This document shows positions 13,870 through 28,900 of a DNA stretch of 64,000 nucleotides, piece after piece; the first letter of the stretch is position 1, and each line of letters begins with the position of its first letter. The notes beneath the pieces are model-generated. The model ran no database searches, had not been told where the DNA came from, and was given only the letters and a program-made list of their open reading frames with translations. The stretch covers positions 33,152,001 through 33,216,000 of the forward strand of contig CP068257.2 of the NCBI GenBank assembly GCA_009914755.4. Reading direction: 5' to 3'. Position numbers and translations under genes: made by a program. This stretch comes from the human T2T-CHM13v2.0 reference genome, Homo sapiens.

Positions 13870-14335
13870 CTGTGTCTCTATTAATTTGCTAAGGCTGCCC
13901 AAATAAAGCACCACACATGGGCAGCTTACATAACAGGAATTTATTCTCAGTTCTGGAGGCCGGCAGTCTGAGATCAAGGTGTCAGCACAGCTGGTTCCTT
14001 CTGAGGACTGTGCAGGAGAATCTGTTCCAGGCCTCTCCCTGAACTTCTGGGGGTCACTGGCCATATTTGGCATTCCTTGGCTTATAGAAGCAATACCCCA
14101 ATTTCTGCCTTCATCCGCATGTGGCATTCTCCCTGTGTGCGTGTTTCTGTGTCCACATTTTTCCTTTTTATAAGGATACCAGTCATGTTGGAGGTCTACC
14201 CTACTCCTTGATGACCTTATCTTAACTAGTTATATCTGCAACAAACCTATTTCCAAATTAGGTCACATTCTGAGGTCCTGGGGGTTAGGACTTTAACATA
14301 TGAATTTTAAGAGGACACAATCCAACCCATAATAG
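13870..14335. mobile_element. LTR-class repeat fragment (MaLR/MLT-like)
   Basis: ...aatttattctcagttctggaggccggcagtctgagatcaaggtgtcagca...tttataaggataccagtcatgttgga...aaattaggtcacattctgaggtcctgggggttaggactttaacatatgaattttaagaggacacaatccaacccataatag, with typical MLT-family phrases. Confidence 0.5.
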
Positions 14336-15193
14336 TAACTTTGTCCCTCTCTCTCTTTTGACACAATAATGACCCTATGCAGGGATATTTCTAGGTGGCT
14401 ACTGTCTGTGTGTGTGTGGTAGGGGGACTTCTAGTACTGTTTTGGATTACTGTTGACAGACAGCAGCCTGAGGCTAGGAAGCACTTTGGGGCCATGACTT
14501 AGAGCAAAGCTAGTAAGTTTTCTCAGGAATTTGAACCCAGAATTTCATCCCCATGGCACTTTAATCCAGTACATTTAATGGCTCAGATGACCCTGGCCTT
14601 ATCAGCCTGGTGCTCTAAGCAGCTGACCTAACAGTGTGTGCATGCGTGTATGCACATGTGTATGTTATGTGCATATATAAGTGCATACACATAATGTTGG
14701 ACACAGAAATATCTCTGAGAACTGTCCCTTTATCACCCTTCAGATAAAATTATTCTCAGCTTGCTTAGTTGCAGTGTTTCTTACTTTGCATCTCCTAACA
14801 CTTTCATACATTTCTCCCGAAGTGCATAGGCAAGGAGCTTCAACGGAATTCAATGTCAACCTGGTCATCTTACCATGATTTCTAGGAAAAAATGTGTGTA
14901 ATTGGTTCATGCCCTCCTTCTGTACAGATTACAATTCTCCTTTTTTGGCATGAAAACCTCCATCTGTCTTTTGAAAGCACATGTCACTTATTTATTAAAG
15001 TCCTCCCCAACTTGTTCAGGTTGAGTTTCACTAGTACCTTTCTGGAGTATTTTATACCTATGTTATAGCCCCATATGTTATACTTTGGATGTCTGTTTAC
15101 CTGTCTGTAAGACTGTCTGCATAATTCATGGGCCTTGTACAAAATAAGAATTCAGGGACTCTTGTTACAAGAAACTATTAAGAATTTCAAGAT

Positions 15194-15491
<298 letters not shown>

Positions 15492-17875
15492 TTAAGATGG
15501 AGATAGCAGAACCATATAGGAAGTGTGGGGTCCTTGTAAGAGTGTGGTCCATAAACTTGGCTTTGTCTGTCTGCCTGGTTCATGGATTGTGACTATCCTC
15601 AGTTCCCCAGTGCCCATCATTCAACAAATGTTAGATGAATAAATGAATCAATATGTGAATGACTGTAAGAATAAGCTTTTGATGAAAGGCAGCCATTTTG
15701 TAAGCAAGACATTGCTGCTTTTAATTGTCCGCAGAAAGCCTCACAGAATCACTGCGGTGAGAGGAAAAAAAGTGTCTGCATGCAATTATTCGTAATAACA
15801 AATAATCATACTTTGTATGCGTGTAAGACTTTTCATGTTCAAAACACTTTCAAAACATTAATTAATTCTTACAACAGCATCAATGAAATTGAAACTAGAA
15901 GGAGAATTTGAGGTATGCAAAATTTAATTACCAATATTAAAATTTGCCACACAACTCACACTCCTCCCACTGGGCCAGGAAACACATTCCATGCCATCTT
16001 CTCTCTCTCTGAAAAAAACATGAACATGAGAACTTAGTTCTATTATATCAGTCAGGAAGGAGGCAAAACTATCTGTGGAGAAACCCCAAGGGGTGGGGAG
16101 AGGTATTTATACATCTGAGGGAGGATTGCATTTATTCATCTGTGAGTTCCCTTTAGATTCTGGGATTTAGGATTCTGGGAACCCAGGTAAGCATCGTCAT
16201 GACCACAGGGTGGGCTCATTTTGAATAAAGATGTGGGGAATTCTGTGAGGTTATAAGATAAACCCCAGCCAGTTCTTTCCCCCGACCCCCAAGAAATGGT
16301 GGTGACTTCTTAGAATCCTGAGCCACATTGGGAAACTCTGGTGGGGACTTTGTCTACATTATTGGAGGGTGGGTGGAGTGTGGGTGGGAAAGCTTGGCCT
16401 TATACAAAGACAGCCCAAAGTGGGCAATGTGGAGCTGCTTCTAGAACCCTGAACATTCTGAACTTTTGGATCCTCTAGGCTGGAGGGGTGGGGGTAGGCA
16501 TTGGTGCACCTTAGCAGGGGGAGGAGCTACCTGTCCTCTCTGGAGCAGAGAGAGCCTTCACACGGAGGACACCTGGGCTCTGTTTCCCATGAGGCATGAG
16601 GCCACTGGGTGGGGGGTGTCCTGGTGTCCTCAGCCAAGGACTCCTGCCTCCTGAAGGAAACGAGAGCATAGCTCCACATTCCCTAAGTGGGGCTGTGCAT
16701 CGTGACTTCCTTCCAAAGGGGACAGTGAAAAGTCGGGGGAGATAAAAGGGTAACATTCTGGAAGAGAGATATAACAAACGCTACTTCAGCCAGGCGATCA
16801 AGGTCAACATCAAGGCACAAATGTTTGTTGTTTTCTTCTTCAGGCCTAGGTTTCTCCTCTGAAATAACTTGAGCTCTTCAGAAGGTACAAAATCTCTCTG
16901 ACACTAAAGTTTAGTTTAACGACTGGCTAGAGACGTGGTAATCAAGCATCTCACTGACAAGCTTCTGTTTTCTTCTTCTTTGTGCATGGCCATGTCCATG
17001 TACTGCCTGATCCTACCCCTGTTTCCTACCTGTGCTCAGGAGCGGTGACTTCTAGGTCACATCCTTTCTTGCTGACCCCACTTTGGTTCCTGACATTTTT
17101 TGTGGTCCTCCTGCAGACCATTTAAGATCAATGTTAAAGCAAACTAAATATGGCCTGAGAAGGACTCCATATTTCTATATTTGAGTCCTGTGGATGAACT
17201 GTAACCTAGCTTAATGGTCAGACAAAATTAAAAACCTAACTTAATAGTATGCACCTGTAACAATAGCTAAGGGTTGGCCAATCCCAGTGGTCATAATTCA
17301 ACCACTCATAGACTCCTGAATGTTCAAACTGCGTTCAAATAAGGCAAACGCCAAGCTGTAACCAATCTCACTGTATCTGTACCTCACTTCCGATTCTTGT
17401 ACATCACTCTACCTGTTTGGTCTATAAATTTGTTCTGACCACGAGGCACCCCTGGAGTCTCCGTGAATCTGCTGTGTTCCTGGGGGCTGCCCGATTCACA
17501 AATTGTTCATTGCTCAGTTAAACTCCTTTAAACTTGATTCGGCTGAAGATTTTCTTCTATCATCAGTCATGAGGTCCCATGAGACAGCAGTGACAGAACT
17601 GGAAGATACTTTAGACAGTAATTCTTGGTGGGAAGATACCTTGAGTTGAACCCAGAGTCTTGAAACTAAAATACTAAAGATACTTTGCACTGGGGTGGTG
17701 GTGAGAGAAGTATTTCTTTTAAAAAACTCCCAACCACTACCCAAGCCTGATTCCTGCAATGTACAGCAATGAAGGCAGATGAAGCTTCCTGGCCTTAGGT
17801 TGAACATACAGCCCTTTCCACTTTGGGTTGGCTAGTGTCATGTAACTCTTTTTAGTTTCTTTATTATTATTATTA

Positions 17876-18156
17876 TTTTTGAGATGGAGTCTCGCTCTGT
17901 CGCCCAGGCTAGAGTGCAGTGGCGCGATCTCGGCTCACTGCAACTTCCGCCTCCCGGGTTCACGCCATTCTTCTGCCTCAGCCTCCTGAGTAGTTGGGAC
18001 TACAGCCGCCACCACGCCAGGCTAATTTTTTATATTTTTAGTAGAGACAGAGTTTCACCGTGTTAGCCAGGATGGTCGCGATCTCCTGACCTCATGATCC
18101 GCCCGCCTCGGCCTCCCAACGTGCTGGGATTACAGGCGTGAGCCACCGCGCCGGCC
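17876..18156 (-). mobile_element. Alu SINE (young, CpG-rich, Y-like) about 250 bp downstream of the RUNX1 distal poly(A) site
   Basis: (TTA)n/poly-T, then ttgagatggagtctcgctctgtcgcccaggct...gtgagccaccgcgccggcc. Many CpGs are retained. Confidence 0.9.
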
Positions 18157-18430
18157 TATTATTATTTTTTAAAACAAGCATTAAAACATGCTTCAGTGCT
18201 CTTTCATATGCAAAGAAGCAACCCTGGGAGCCTGCGCCTTTTCCAGGCCCTCATGCCTTCAGAAGCCAGAGTGTGCTAGGAGCACCGGGGGTGAGGACAT
18301 AGCTTCAGCCTGAAGCTGTTCACTGGAGGTATCTTCCTAGTGTGTGCAGTGGGCCTTACTCAGTTTCCCAACCCTCCATCTCAGAGAAAGACAAAACCAA
18401 TTGGATATGGTGTATGTACTTGTCAAACTG

Positions 18431-18436
18431 TTTATT
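18431..18436 (-). terminator. RUNX1: Eukaryotic polyadenylation signal AATAAA (candidate distal/major RUNX1 poly(A) site)
   Basis: TTTATT on the plus strand equals AATAAA on the minus strand. Its position fits a 4.3-kb 3' UTR. Confidence 0.55.
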
Positions 18437-18903
18437 TGCCATTCACACTGATTGTAACACTGGATTTACAGAAGAAACTGTGGTACAAAGAGAGGAAGGC
18501 TCTGGTGGCTCCTGAACAGCAGCAGTCCAGCTGCCCTGCTCAGGCTGGGCACGACGAATGCTCCCAGGAGAGGGGAGGCGGCCCACCCGACTGTGTACCA
18601 TGGACTGTGGACAGTGCAGTGCCTGCTCTCCTGTGCTATCTAGAAACACCTTGGAGAGAGGGTTCTGGGATATTCTCTCATGTCATCTGGCTGAAGACAC
18701 CAGCTTGACAGTTCCCCTTTAAGAAGCATTCCATACGTTTGTACCAGGGAGAAAGAAGCCCACGCACGAATTTTCAGGATGTTTTGTGACCAAACCCAAT
18801 AACTGCCACACAAATAGACCCTAGGTGGGGGCTGGCTTAAATAGGACCACATTTCCCGTTGCTTTTTCAGTAGATGTGTTATACCGTCATTTCAATTTGA
18901 AAG

Positions 18904-18909
18904 TTTATT
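18904..18909 (-). terminator. RUNX1: Alternative polyadenylation signal AATAAA in the RUNX1 3' UTR
   Basis: TTTATT on the plus strand, about 3.8 kb after the stop. RUNX1 is known to give several transcript sizes. Confidence 0.3.
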
Positions 18910-20189
18910 TTTTTCCATTGATTTTTATACATCCAGAATAACACAAATAACCAACAGTTCTTTTTCTTTTTTTGCACATTCATTTCCCCTAGAACAAAAA
19001 AAGTGAACTTAAAAAAAATTGGAACCATGCTATTAGCTGTTTACAAAAGTGAATAAGAAGTAGCTCATTTTAAAGTCTAAAATAAACAAAGTAGAAAGAA
19101 GCATTTTTTTCCCTACAGTATTTAGCAAACCTAAGAAAAAGTCCTTAGAAACACACACAAAAAAATTGAAAAAAAGTTATAGGCATTAACAATATTTTAT
19201 AATGAAGCTTAAAATCTATTTACATACATAAATACAATTAACTTTGTTGATGCAACTCTTCTGGAAGGAAAAAAAGAGCCAAATGATCAGCCTCATCAAT
19301 ACTGACCTGGCTAAAAACAAAATTCCCAACAAACACACAAAAATCCCAAAACAAATGTATACGCTACGGTAAACAAAAAGGCATTTTGTTCAGATGTAAA
19401 ATATGTTTTGTGAGATTATTGTCAAACAAATTTTCATGTATAAAAGACCCAAACATGTCATTCCCCCCAAAAATAAAAACCAACAAAAATAAAAATCATC
19501 AGGACGGAATGTCCCAAAGAAACAGGTATTTCAAGGCAGAAATCTGCAATCCTAAATTGCAGGACATTTGAGTGGAACCATTCATTTCCTTTCTAATCAG
19601 AGCATTTCTGTTTATCTGCACAGAAACCCAAGGCAGCAGAAAGGCTGTCTATTTACTCACTGATTGTGATTTGCCCAGGAAAGTTTGCTGGTTTGGACAG
19701 CAAGCAGATCCAATATGGTTGGCAATGTCTCTGTTCTGCTGGAAGAAACCCATAAACAGGAGAAAGGCTGACAAACCATGTTCCTTTATGTGAAGGGGGA
19801 AGAACTGGACCTTCTTGTGTTCTGAAATTTGGTACTGGGTGGGGGTATGTGCTATCTGCTTAAGAGAACACAGGAAAAGGAGGAGGGAGAAAGTGGGGTT
19901 TGGAAGATAGAGGAAGAGAGAAAAAAAGGGAGATATTGGGGGGAAGAGAGGGAGGGAAATGTATTTTCAGATAGTGAGAAAAAGAAAGAACTGAAATATG
20001 TATCCATGTTGAAATCATAAATAGGGACATGAGTAAGCAGTAGAAATGGCTTATTCAATACTTCTCCTGGACCAGACACATGCAGTTATTACATGATTGG
20101 CTTAAGGGTCTCATTGATACCTTAACTTTCCTGAGGGCAATGAATAAAAAGATACCTTAATCTACCTGAAGTCAATGAATGCAATTTTT

Positions 20190-20226
20190 CACACACACAC
20201 ACACACACGCACACACACACACATAC
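20190..20226. repeat. (CA)n microsatellite inside the RUNX1 3' UTR
   Basis: cacacacacacacacacgcacacacacacacatacaaaa. Confidence 0.85.
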
Positions 20227-22381
20227 AAAAATGTGTTGCGTGAGACCTATCGCCAAAACAACTACAGTTTGATTTTTTTTGAAACAATTAAATACTATAT
20301 ATGCTGGTAAGAGTCTGTGAAACTCTAAATGACCAATCCAGTGAGCCTACAATAGTGACAAGCCCCCTCCACACATGGCTTTGAGAGTAAAGGTTCAATG
20401 TAAAAGATTATCTAATCAGAGCATGAGGCTGGTTTTGAGTTGGAATATCTTCAGTTAACAGAATTAAACTGAAAAACATAATTTTTTCCTTCATTTTTCT
20501 CCAGCATTTTTGCAGGTCAGACATGGTAACATGTGCTGAAAAAAAACATTTACGTTTAATTTGGGGGAAATGGGCTAATGGTGCTTTTCAGAAATTAAAT
20601 TTTTACATTTGCTGACATTTTATGGTAATTTAGCTGCAAAAATGTAATACGGAATAATATATGAAACTGAGTTGTGGAGGGAATCCTGTCAAAAATGAAA
20701 GTGAATATATTCTGAGTTTGTCCGAGATCTGCTATAGCTCTTCTCTAGATAAGAACGACCTGACAACATAAGCTGCTTTACTCTTTAACTCTTACCAAAG
20801 TGCTACTGCATGTGTGTAAAACAAATAATCAATATATATATAAGAAAACTCAAAAACAAGTTGTTTTAAATAAGTCCAGCTGTTTTTGCTGCCTGCAGCC
20901 AAAGATTTGCCTAATTTGAATGCTTAAATTTATAAAATAAAAATCAAACACTGTTCTGAAGTCCTGCTTTCAAATACTCTTCAGAGTTGACCTGAAATCG
21001 TTTCAACGAATTTTAAGAGGTACGTTAAATAACCACCAGATCATTTGGAGCACACATGTGTCAAAATCAGCAGTTAGTATTTATGAGTTGTACAACAACT
21101 GCATTCTGACCAAATCCTCCAATAAAAATAGTGCCATAAAATTTACAGCGACATTGGATACCTTTGAATTGTAGCCACGGACAGTAGTGACATGAATCTT
21201 TCCTGTCACACTGGTGCACAGGTAAAAGCCCATATACCCCATAGGGTAGGGTCTCAGCCTGGTGAAAGCAACACAAAGATGTTGTTGAGTGAGCAGCACA
21301 GGACAGGGGGTCTCGCACAGGTGGGACCATGTTTTCCCACTTGTCTCCACTGAGGCACACAGAGGCAAATTGACTCCTCGAGGCCTGCTTCTGGTGGGCC
21401 CTTAAATTGCTATAATCGTAACCCCTAAATTCATTGATTTGGTTCCTATGTAAATGTGGCTCCCCTACACAGTTTACTTTGGCTGTGTTCTGTTACACAG
21501 CATCTGTGAAATTATCAGATGACCTTGGGGTGAGCAAATCCCTGGGCAGAAATCAAATCCTCTCCAAAGATGTAATTATTGGCACCTGCCTCAACCCTCT
21601 GGAACTAGATTGACCTTCTCTGTTTTAAGGAGGAAGTTAGATATGAGACCCTTGTTGAGCCTGGCAGAAAATTCCATACTTCTGATCCTTGGAGTGACCC
21701 TCAGTGTCTAAAAATCCTATTAAAAACGTTGCTGCGTGAGCTACTCACTTGTTTGATTAACATGAAAGGGAGTTTAATGTAAACAATACTTCTGGATAAC
21801 CAAGCGATCACATTACTCATTCTTTTTTTCTAGCCTTCTTCAATGTGATACATTTAACTTTGGCTACTATCAAGAACAAAAGAAAATGTAGTACTTGATA
21901 TTTTTCTTAATATAAGTACATTTAAATAATTAAAAAATTATCAACACATAAATGTCTGAACATCAAGATACATAAATATCTGGGGATTCCTTGTGGGAAT
22001 ACAGTAGTTAAAAATGACCCAAAGCTGTAGCTGTTTCTCAAAAAAACAAAACAAAACAAAAAAAAACAACTACCCAAAAGTCCAAAAGAAAAGTTAAATA
22101 AAACTTAAAGAAAAGGGAATCATATTTCTTTCCATGGTCAAAGCAAGAAAGAAGCAAGCTCAATTTATATATATTTATATAAACGTATATAAAAATAAAA
22201 ACCACCCAAATGCAAATACGCATTTTGCAATTGATAAGGTGCGGAAAAATTAAAAATAAGAATTAGATGCCAAACAGGGCGAGTTGCATCCCTCCTCTCC
22301 CCCCACCCCAACCAAAATTCCACACTCTTTGGAATAAACAACTTGGTTAAAAAGTTAAGTCAAGGGTATAAAATCTTTCTT

Positions 22382-22387
22382 TTTATT
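22382..22387 (-). terminator. RUNX1: Proximal candidate polyadenylation signal AATAAA (about 350 nt after the stop)
   Basis: TTTATT on the plus strand at 22382-22387. It would generate a short-UTR isoform lacking most miRNA/ARE sites. Confidence 0.3.
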
Positions 22388-22439
22388 CACAGCATTGCTA
22401 AATCAGAAGCATTCACAGTTTCCCTCCGGGAATCTTCCT

Positions 22440-23294
<855 letters not shown>

Positions 23295-23295
23295 C

Positions 23296-23875
23296 TACCC
23301 AGGATGATACCGCCTAGGAGGATGGGAAGCCACCCAGGATGCTACTGCCGGGGAGGACGGGGACCACCCGGGATGCTACTCCCAAGAGGACGAGGATTAC
23401 CCAGGATGCTATACCCAGGGGGACAGGGACCACCCAGGATGCCACCTCCTGAGATGACGAGGATCACCCAGCATGTCACCTCCCAAGAGGATGGGGACTA
23501 CCCATGATGCTATGCCCAGGAGGTCGGGGACCACTCAGGATGCCACCTCCTGAGAGGACGGAGACCACCCAGGATGACACCACCTGGGAGGATGGAGACC
23601 ACCCAGGATGCTACCGCCTAGGAGGACGGGGGACACCCAGGATGCTACTGTCCAGGGAGATGGGTTTCTATCAGAATTTACCGCCCAGGAAGATTGGAAC
23701 CACACAGGATTGCTACCACCTGGGAGGATGGGGGCTACTGAGGATGCTGCTGCCTAGGGAGAGGGTTTCTACCCAGAATCTGCCACCCAAAAAGATGAGG
23801 TCACCCAGGATGCTATGCCCAGGAGGACGGGGATCAGGAGGCTGCTACTGCCCAGGAGGATGGTATAATATACAG
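23296..23875. repeat. Minisatellite, 33-35-bp unit x about 17 (consensus roughly AGGATGCTACYGCCYAGGAGGACGGGGACCACCC), in the last RUNX1 intron 80-650 nt upstream of the terminal-exon acceptor
   Basis: Directly visible head-to-tail units, each beginning (c)aggatgc... and ending ...ccaccc. Units in the second half are more degenerate. The plus-strand ORFs 23304..23507 and 23504..23878 (PPRMLL...GGRGP repeats) are artefacts of this array. Confidence 0.9.
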
Positions 23876-24009
23876 TAATATAATACGGTAATATAGAATA
23901 TCATGTAATGTAATATGACATGATATATGAAATGATGTAGTATAGCATAATATGTATAGTATAGATATAATGTGCAATAGTATATACTATAATATGTATA
24001 ACGTATATA

Positions 24010-24010
<1 letters not shown>
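23870..24010. repeat. AT-rich degenerate tandem repeat (TAATATA/ATGTAATATA-like) abutting the GC-rich minisatellite
   Basis: tataatatacagtaatataatacggtaatatagaatatcatgtaatgtaatatgacatgatatatgaaatgatgtagtatagcataatatgtatagtatagatataatgtgcaatagtatatactataatatgtataacgtatataaaatg. Confidence 0.7.
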
Positions 24011-24660
<650 letters not shown>

Positions 24661-25933
24661 TTGATCAATATATTAATATACCAATAATATAAATTAATCT
24701 GTGATATTAATATAGCAGATGATAATTTGACACTAATGTAAAGGATGCACAAATATGTTACTACTAACACAATATGTTATACATAATATATATCCTAACA
24801 ATATTAATATATAATAATACATTACACATAGTATTTAGGTTGAATGATAGAAAATTGCCATTTTTATAGGCCTTCGACAGTTGAAAAATTGATAATTTCC
24901 TAGTATTTAAGCGAATGCATGGCTCAGTAGCAACTGCTGAGCGAATGTCAGGGAATACCATTACCACTCCTCCTCTCCATATCTACTTTCATACTAGTTC
25001 CACAATTTTAGAAACAGTACTGCCTTGAGTTCACCTGGTATTCTCTATTATGCACTTCACTAGTTTGTTAACACAAGTAGATGTAGGACCTTGATTTATC
25101 TACTCTGTTTTTTGCACATGTGGAAATTTTACCAGAAATTGTAAAGCTTTGTCTCTAAAACTCACTTTGTTACGACTGTACATTATTTTGTTAGGATTAT
25201 GGATTTACAGTTTCACCAACTGGCTTTAGGGCTGTCCTGTGGTTCACTGGCTCTCTCTGCATTTTTCTTACCTACAGGCCGCCCTTGGGAACTACGGAGG
25301 ATTTGTGTATTAGGCAGGGTTCCCTATATCTGTAGATCAGAGTTTCTCAACTGTTGACACTGTTGACATTTTGGGCCAGATCATGATTTGCTGGGGTGGA
25401 GGGGGCTGTCTCGTTCATCGTAGGATGTGTGGCAGCATCTCTGCTTTACCCATTAGGTGTTAGTAGCATCGCCCGCCCCTCTTGTGACAACTCAGAATGT
25501 CTCCAGACATTGCCAGATATCCTGCGGGTGGGGTGACGGAAGCAAAGTCACCCCAGCTGAGAACCACCACTGCAGATGTAGAAGGGCACCCTGGAGAAGT
25601 TCAGGTTCCTTAGAATTATTCATTAAATGACCAGGCTAGGACTCTCCTCTTTATATCAGCAAATCCACAGACAGCAACAAACAGTAGAAACATGAATTCA
25701 TTGTTTTAAAATGTGAAGTTCTCAGATCAACACACAAAATAACTCTTAAGCTCAGATGGCATGTGGCCTGTGTCCTTTTGAGTTCAGGCTGATAGAGAAA
25801 GTCGACAGAGCCAAAAGCTTGCTCTGAAAGGAAAGCTACCAAGGTGGATTAATCTGTTTTTGGAAGGCAGCGGCAGTTGATCAACTTCCTCATATTTCAA
25901 GCCTATTATTCCAGCAGGGAGAGCTAGTGTGTT

Positions 25934-25990
25934 TTCTCTCTCTCTCGCTCGCTCTCTCGTCTCTTCCACACCCCATCCTCCCTCCCTCTA
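25934..25990. repeat. Polypyrimidine (CT-rich) tract
   Basis: ttttctctctctctcgctcgctctctcgtctcttccacaccccatcctccctccctc. Confidence 0.7.
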
Positions 25991-28900
25991 ATGGCCTTTT
26001 ATTGCTCTAACACATTTTTAAAAATGAACTCCTCTGTACCTTTGGGGTGAATGTGATGAGGGGATACACTCCTCATCAGAGGTAATTAAAGTTTATAGAA
26101 ACAGCCCAAGTCTGTAGCAGATCCCTTCACTAATGAGGAAACCAGGAGTCTGACTTTCAAACAAACACTCCTGTTAATCTTTTCAAAGCCAGGCAGACAT
26201 GTGGGCAGGGAAAACGTTGTAAACGGACAGTGGTTCTGAGGCTGCCCTTCCTTGGCCACACTCTAGTCATTCTCGAGCCAGGCCACACCTCATTCCACAG
26301 GGTTCATCCCTGCCCGCTCTTTGGGGCCATCTGTGAGCAAGCCCTGTGTCACTTGTTTTTGCTGACATGGAGAGCTGTGACATGTTTGAGAGTTAACAGG
26401 AAGCTTTACTCCATTTTTCCATTTAGATTTATAGAGTCTACGGAGAAGCTGGGACAGGAGGAAAAGCATTAGGCAAATACAGTCAGTTTGTTGTCATCTG
26501 ATGCAATACTCTGGACACAAATAAATGACTCTGCCCATTATTCCTCTTGCTTCATTTGCCCTGAGACAAAAAGGTGAATCCACTGGAAAATGAACGAAAG
26601 GTCACCCTGTTTTACAGCAATGTCTGGACATGCTCTGCCAGTAGGTTCCAACTACTACATGGTAATGTGGTGATGGTACCAAGTTACTGGAATCCAGAGT
26701 GAGTCCGTGATTTGTCATGGACATAAGTACTGGAATGATGTTATGGTCTCAGCTGTTGGGGGAAAATAGTTCTTTCACTTGTGAGGAGAACATCCAAAAG
26801 AAAGAGCTGCAATGCTGCCTGTGATCCTTCTTCTATGTACACATGAGCAACGTCATACTACAAAAGACCATCCATTTGGTCAAACTATCTTTTTTACACA
26901 CATTTTGATAATACAATATCTTAGGCCTTCTAGATATGCTCAGATTCAAATGCTATATTCAAATGTTGGTTTTCATCTTTGTGTCTTGTCTCAGATCCCT
27001 TATTCAAACCCATCAGTCTGCGCAGTTCACCCATCCAGCTGTAGCTCTTCTGTCCTTTTGGCTGGCCTGGTGTCCCCTGATTCAGCAGAAGTGTGGGGGG
27101 AGTTGGGATCCCCTGATATTCACAGAGAGTTTTTAAGAGTAGGAAATCTGGGGCTTAGGAGGTCCAGGTATTTTGGTTGGAAGTGTTTTCCCATTGATGG
27201 GGCTAAATATTTGCCATGACAGCTCAAGTCTTCGCTCTCCAGCTTGACATGGATGAAAGCAGCCTCGCTACAGGGCCCCTCCTACTGCCCCCAGAGGATT
27301 AAACAACCTGAGCAGGTAATGGCTGCCTTAAAAGGAGCTTTTGCATGACTCAGATTAATGCATGCTGTCTGTCGCCCAGGTTGGCAGCTAAACATTAATT
27401 TTTTTTGAAAAAGAAAAAAAAAAGTAAACCTCTAGATGACAACTCTTTTCAGACAAGGTGTGGAGTCTGTCTGCAAAGGATAGAGAGAGAGAGACAGACA
27501 GAGTCCAAGTCCCCAGCGCAGAAGGAAGCCCAGGTGGGGCTGGGGCCGGGAAGAGGGGCAGAGCACAAAGCTGTCGGGCTGGATTAAAAGGCAAAGCAGC
27601 CACAGAGCAGTGTCAGGTTCTCAAAGCTGTCGGCCAGGCAGCCACTTTCCTTTTATGTATTCCACCCCCCTCCTGCCTCCAGGTTTATGACAACACTTTT
27701 CAGGCCTGTGCTCCAGGCTTGATTTCTCAGAGGGAGTTCTGCCAAATTGAAGAGCAGTCTCCCATACTGTTCTATGCCACTGTGAAAGCTCATCTGGAAT
27801 TCTGTCCTCCCTCCAAAAAGAAAAGAATCATTCTTGGGTTCTGAAATGAGGCATGGTTTTTATCTACTTCACACTCCCATGCCATAAAATGTTCTCTCTT
27901 ACTCCTTGGGTGATTGAAGTCCAGGATATTCACAAATGTAACTGTGATATGGGACTTTGGAGTGCACATGTTACTCATTCCTTTTATTTAAAAAGTCACC
28001 CTACCATCTGAACACCAGTCAGCTGGAGGAGTTGGCCCCTAGGGTTCTTGGACTATAAGGTGCTGATCTTGGGTGATGACCAAGTCAAAAGACTTATGTA
28101 ATAAATTCCAAAGGATAGACCCATAGCAGGAACATTTGAAGGAGAACAGGCATTATTTCAGGTGAAGACCGTAGCCGGTGTGCAGAGGGGTGCCCTGAGA
28201 ACAATCAGTAAAAGCTGACAAGTGCCTTTGTTCTTGAGGGATAAGCTTCTAGAAACCACAAGCTAAACAAGATGCCAAGATACCTGTGCTACTCTCAATG
28301 CCTTGGAGCAGAATGTACCATGAAAATATTGGCATTAATGGCCAAAAGTAATGTGAAAACCAAGCACTTAAGTTGGTTTTCCTATTTTACTGTACCACCC
28401 AAGAACACTGGAAGGCAGTGGTTCTCACCTGGGGACAGTTTTGCCCCTTGGGAAATTTGGCAATGTCTGGAAACATTTTTTATTGTCCTAACTGGGGTGA
28501 GGGGGATGCTATTGGCATCTAGAGGCCAAGGATGCTGCTAAATATTCTCCGATGCTCAGGACAGACCCCCCCCAACAAAGAATTATTTGGCCCCAAATGT
28601 CAATAGTACTGCCGTTGTGAAGCTCTTAGAAGGCATTCTGTGAAGCTCTGAACAGCAGCTAAGGCATCTGGTGAAACCTGAAGTAATCACAACTGTCTGG
28701 AAAACACAACATTACACAACATTTAAAATGGCAGACATGACTCCACTGCCCCTGTGCCTGCCCCCTAATCTGCTATAATTTGATCCCAAGAGCTGAAAAG
28801 CAAGACCCGCCCCGTTCCCCCAACACACATGCGAGTGTGTTTGCAGGCATCATAACACTGAAGTTCTCTGAAGTATTTTCACAGTTTGGTGCAGCTCCAA

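Noticed and set aside
16490-16525. CTCF-like motif (ccttagcagggggaggagc) in a GC-rich patch downstream of RUNX1
   Set aside because: Only about 10 of 14 core positions match, and the highly constrained GGCGC part is GGAGG. It is too weak to call without ChIP data.
23304-23878. Plus-strand ORFs 23304..23507 and 23504..23878 with repeating PPRMLL/GGRGP peptides, and minus-strand ORFs 23845..24096 and 23901..24131 rich in Tyr/Ile
   Set aside because: They are translation of the 33-35-bp minisatellite and of the adjacent AT-rich tandem repeat. Periodic peptides mirror the DNA period. They are intronic.
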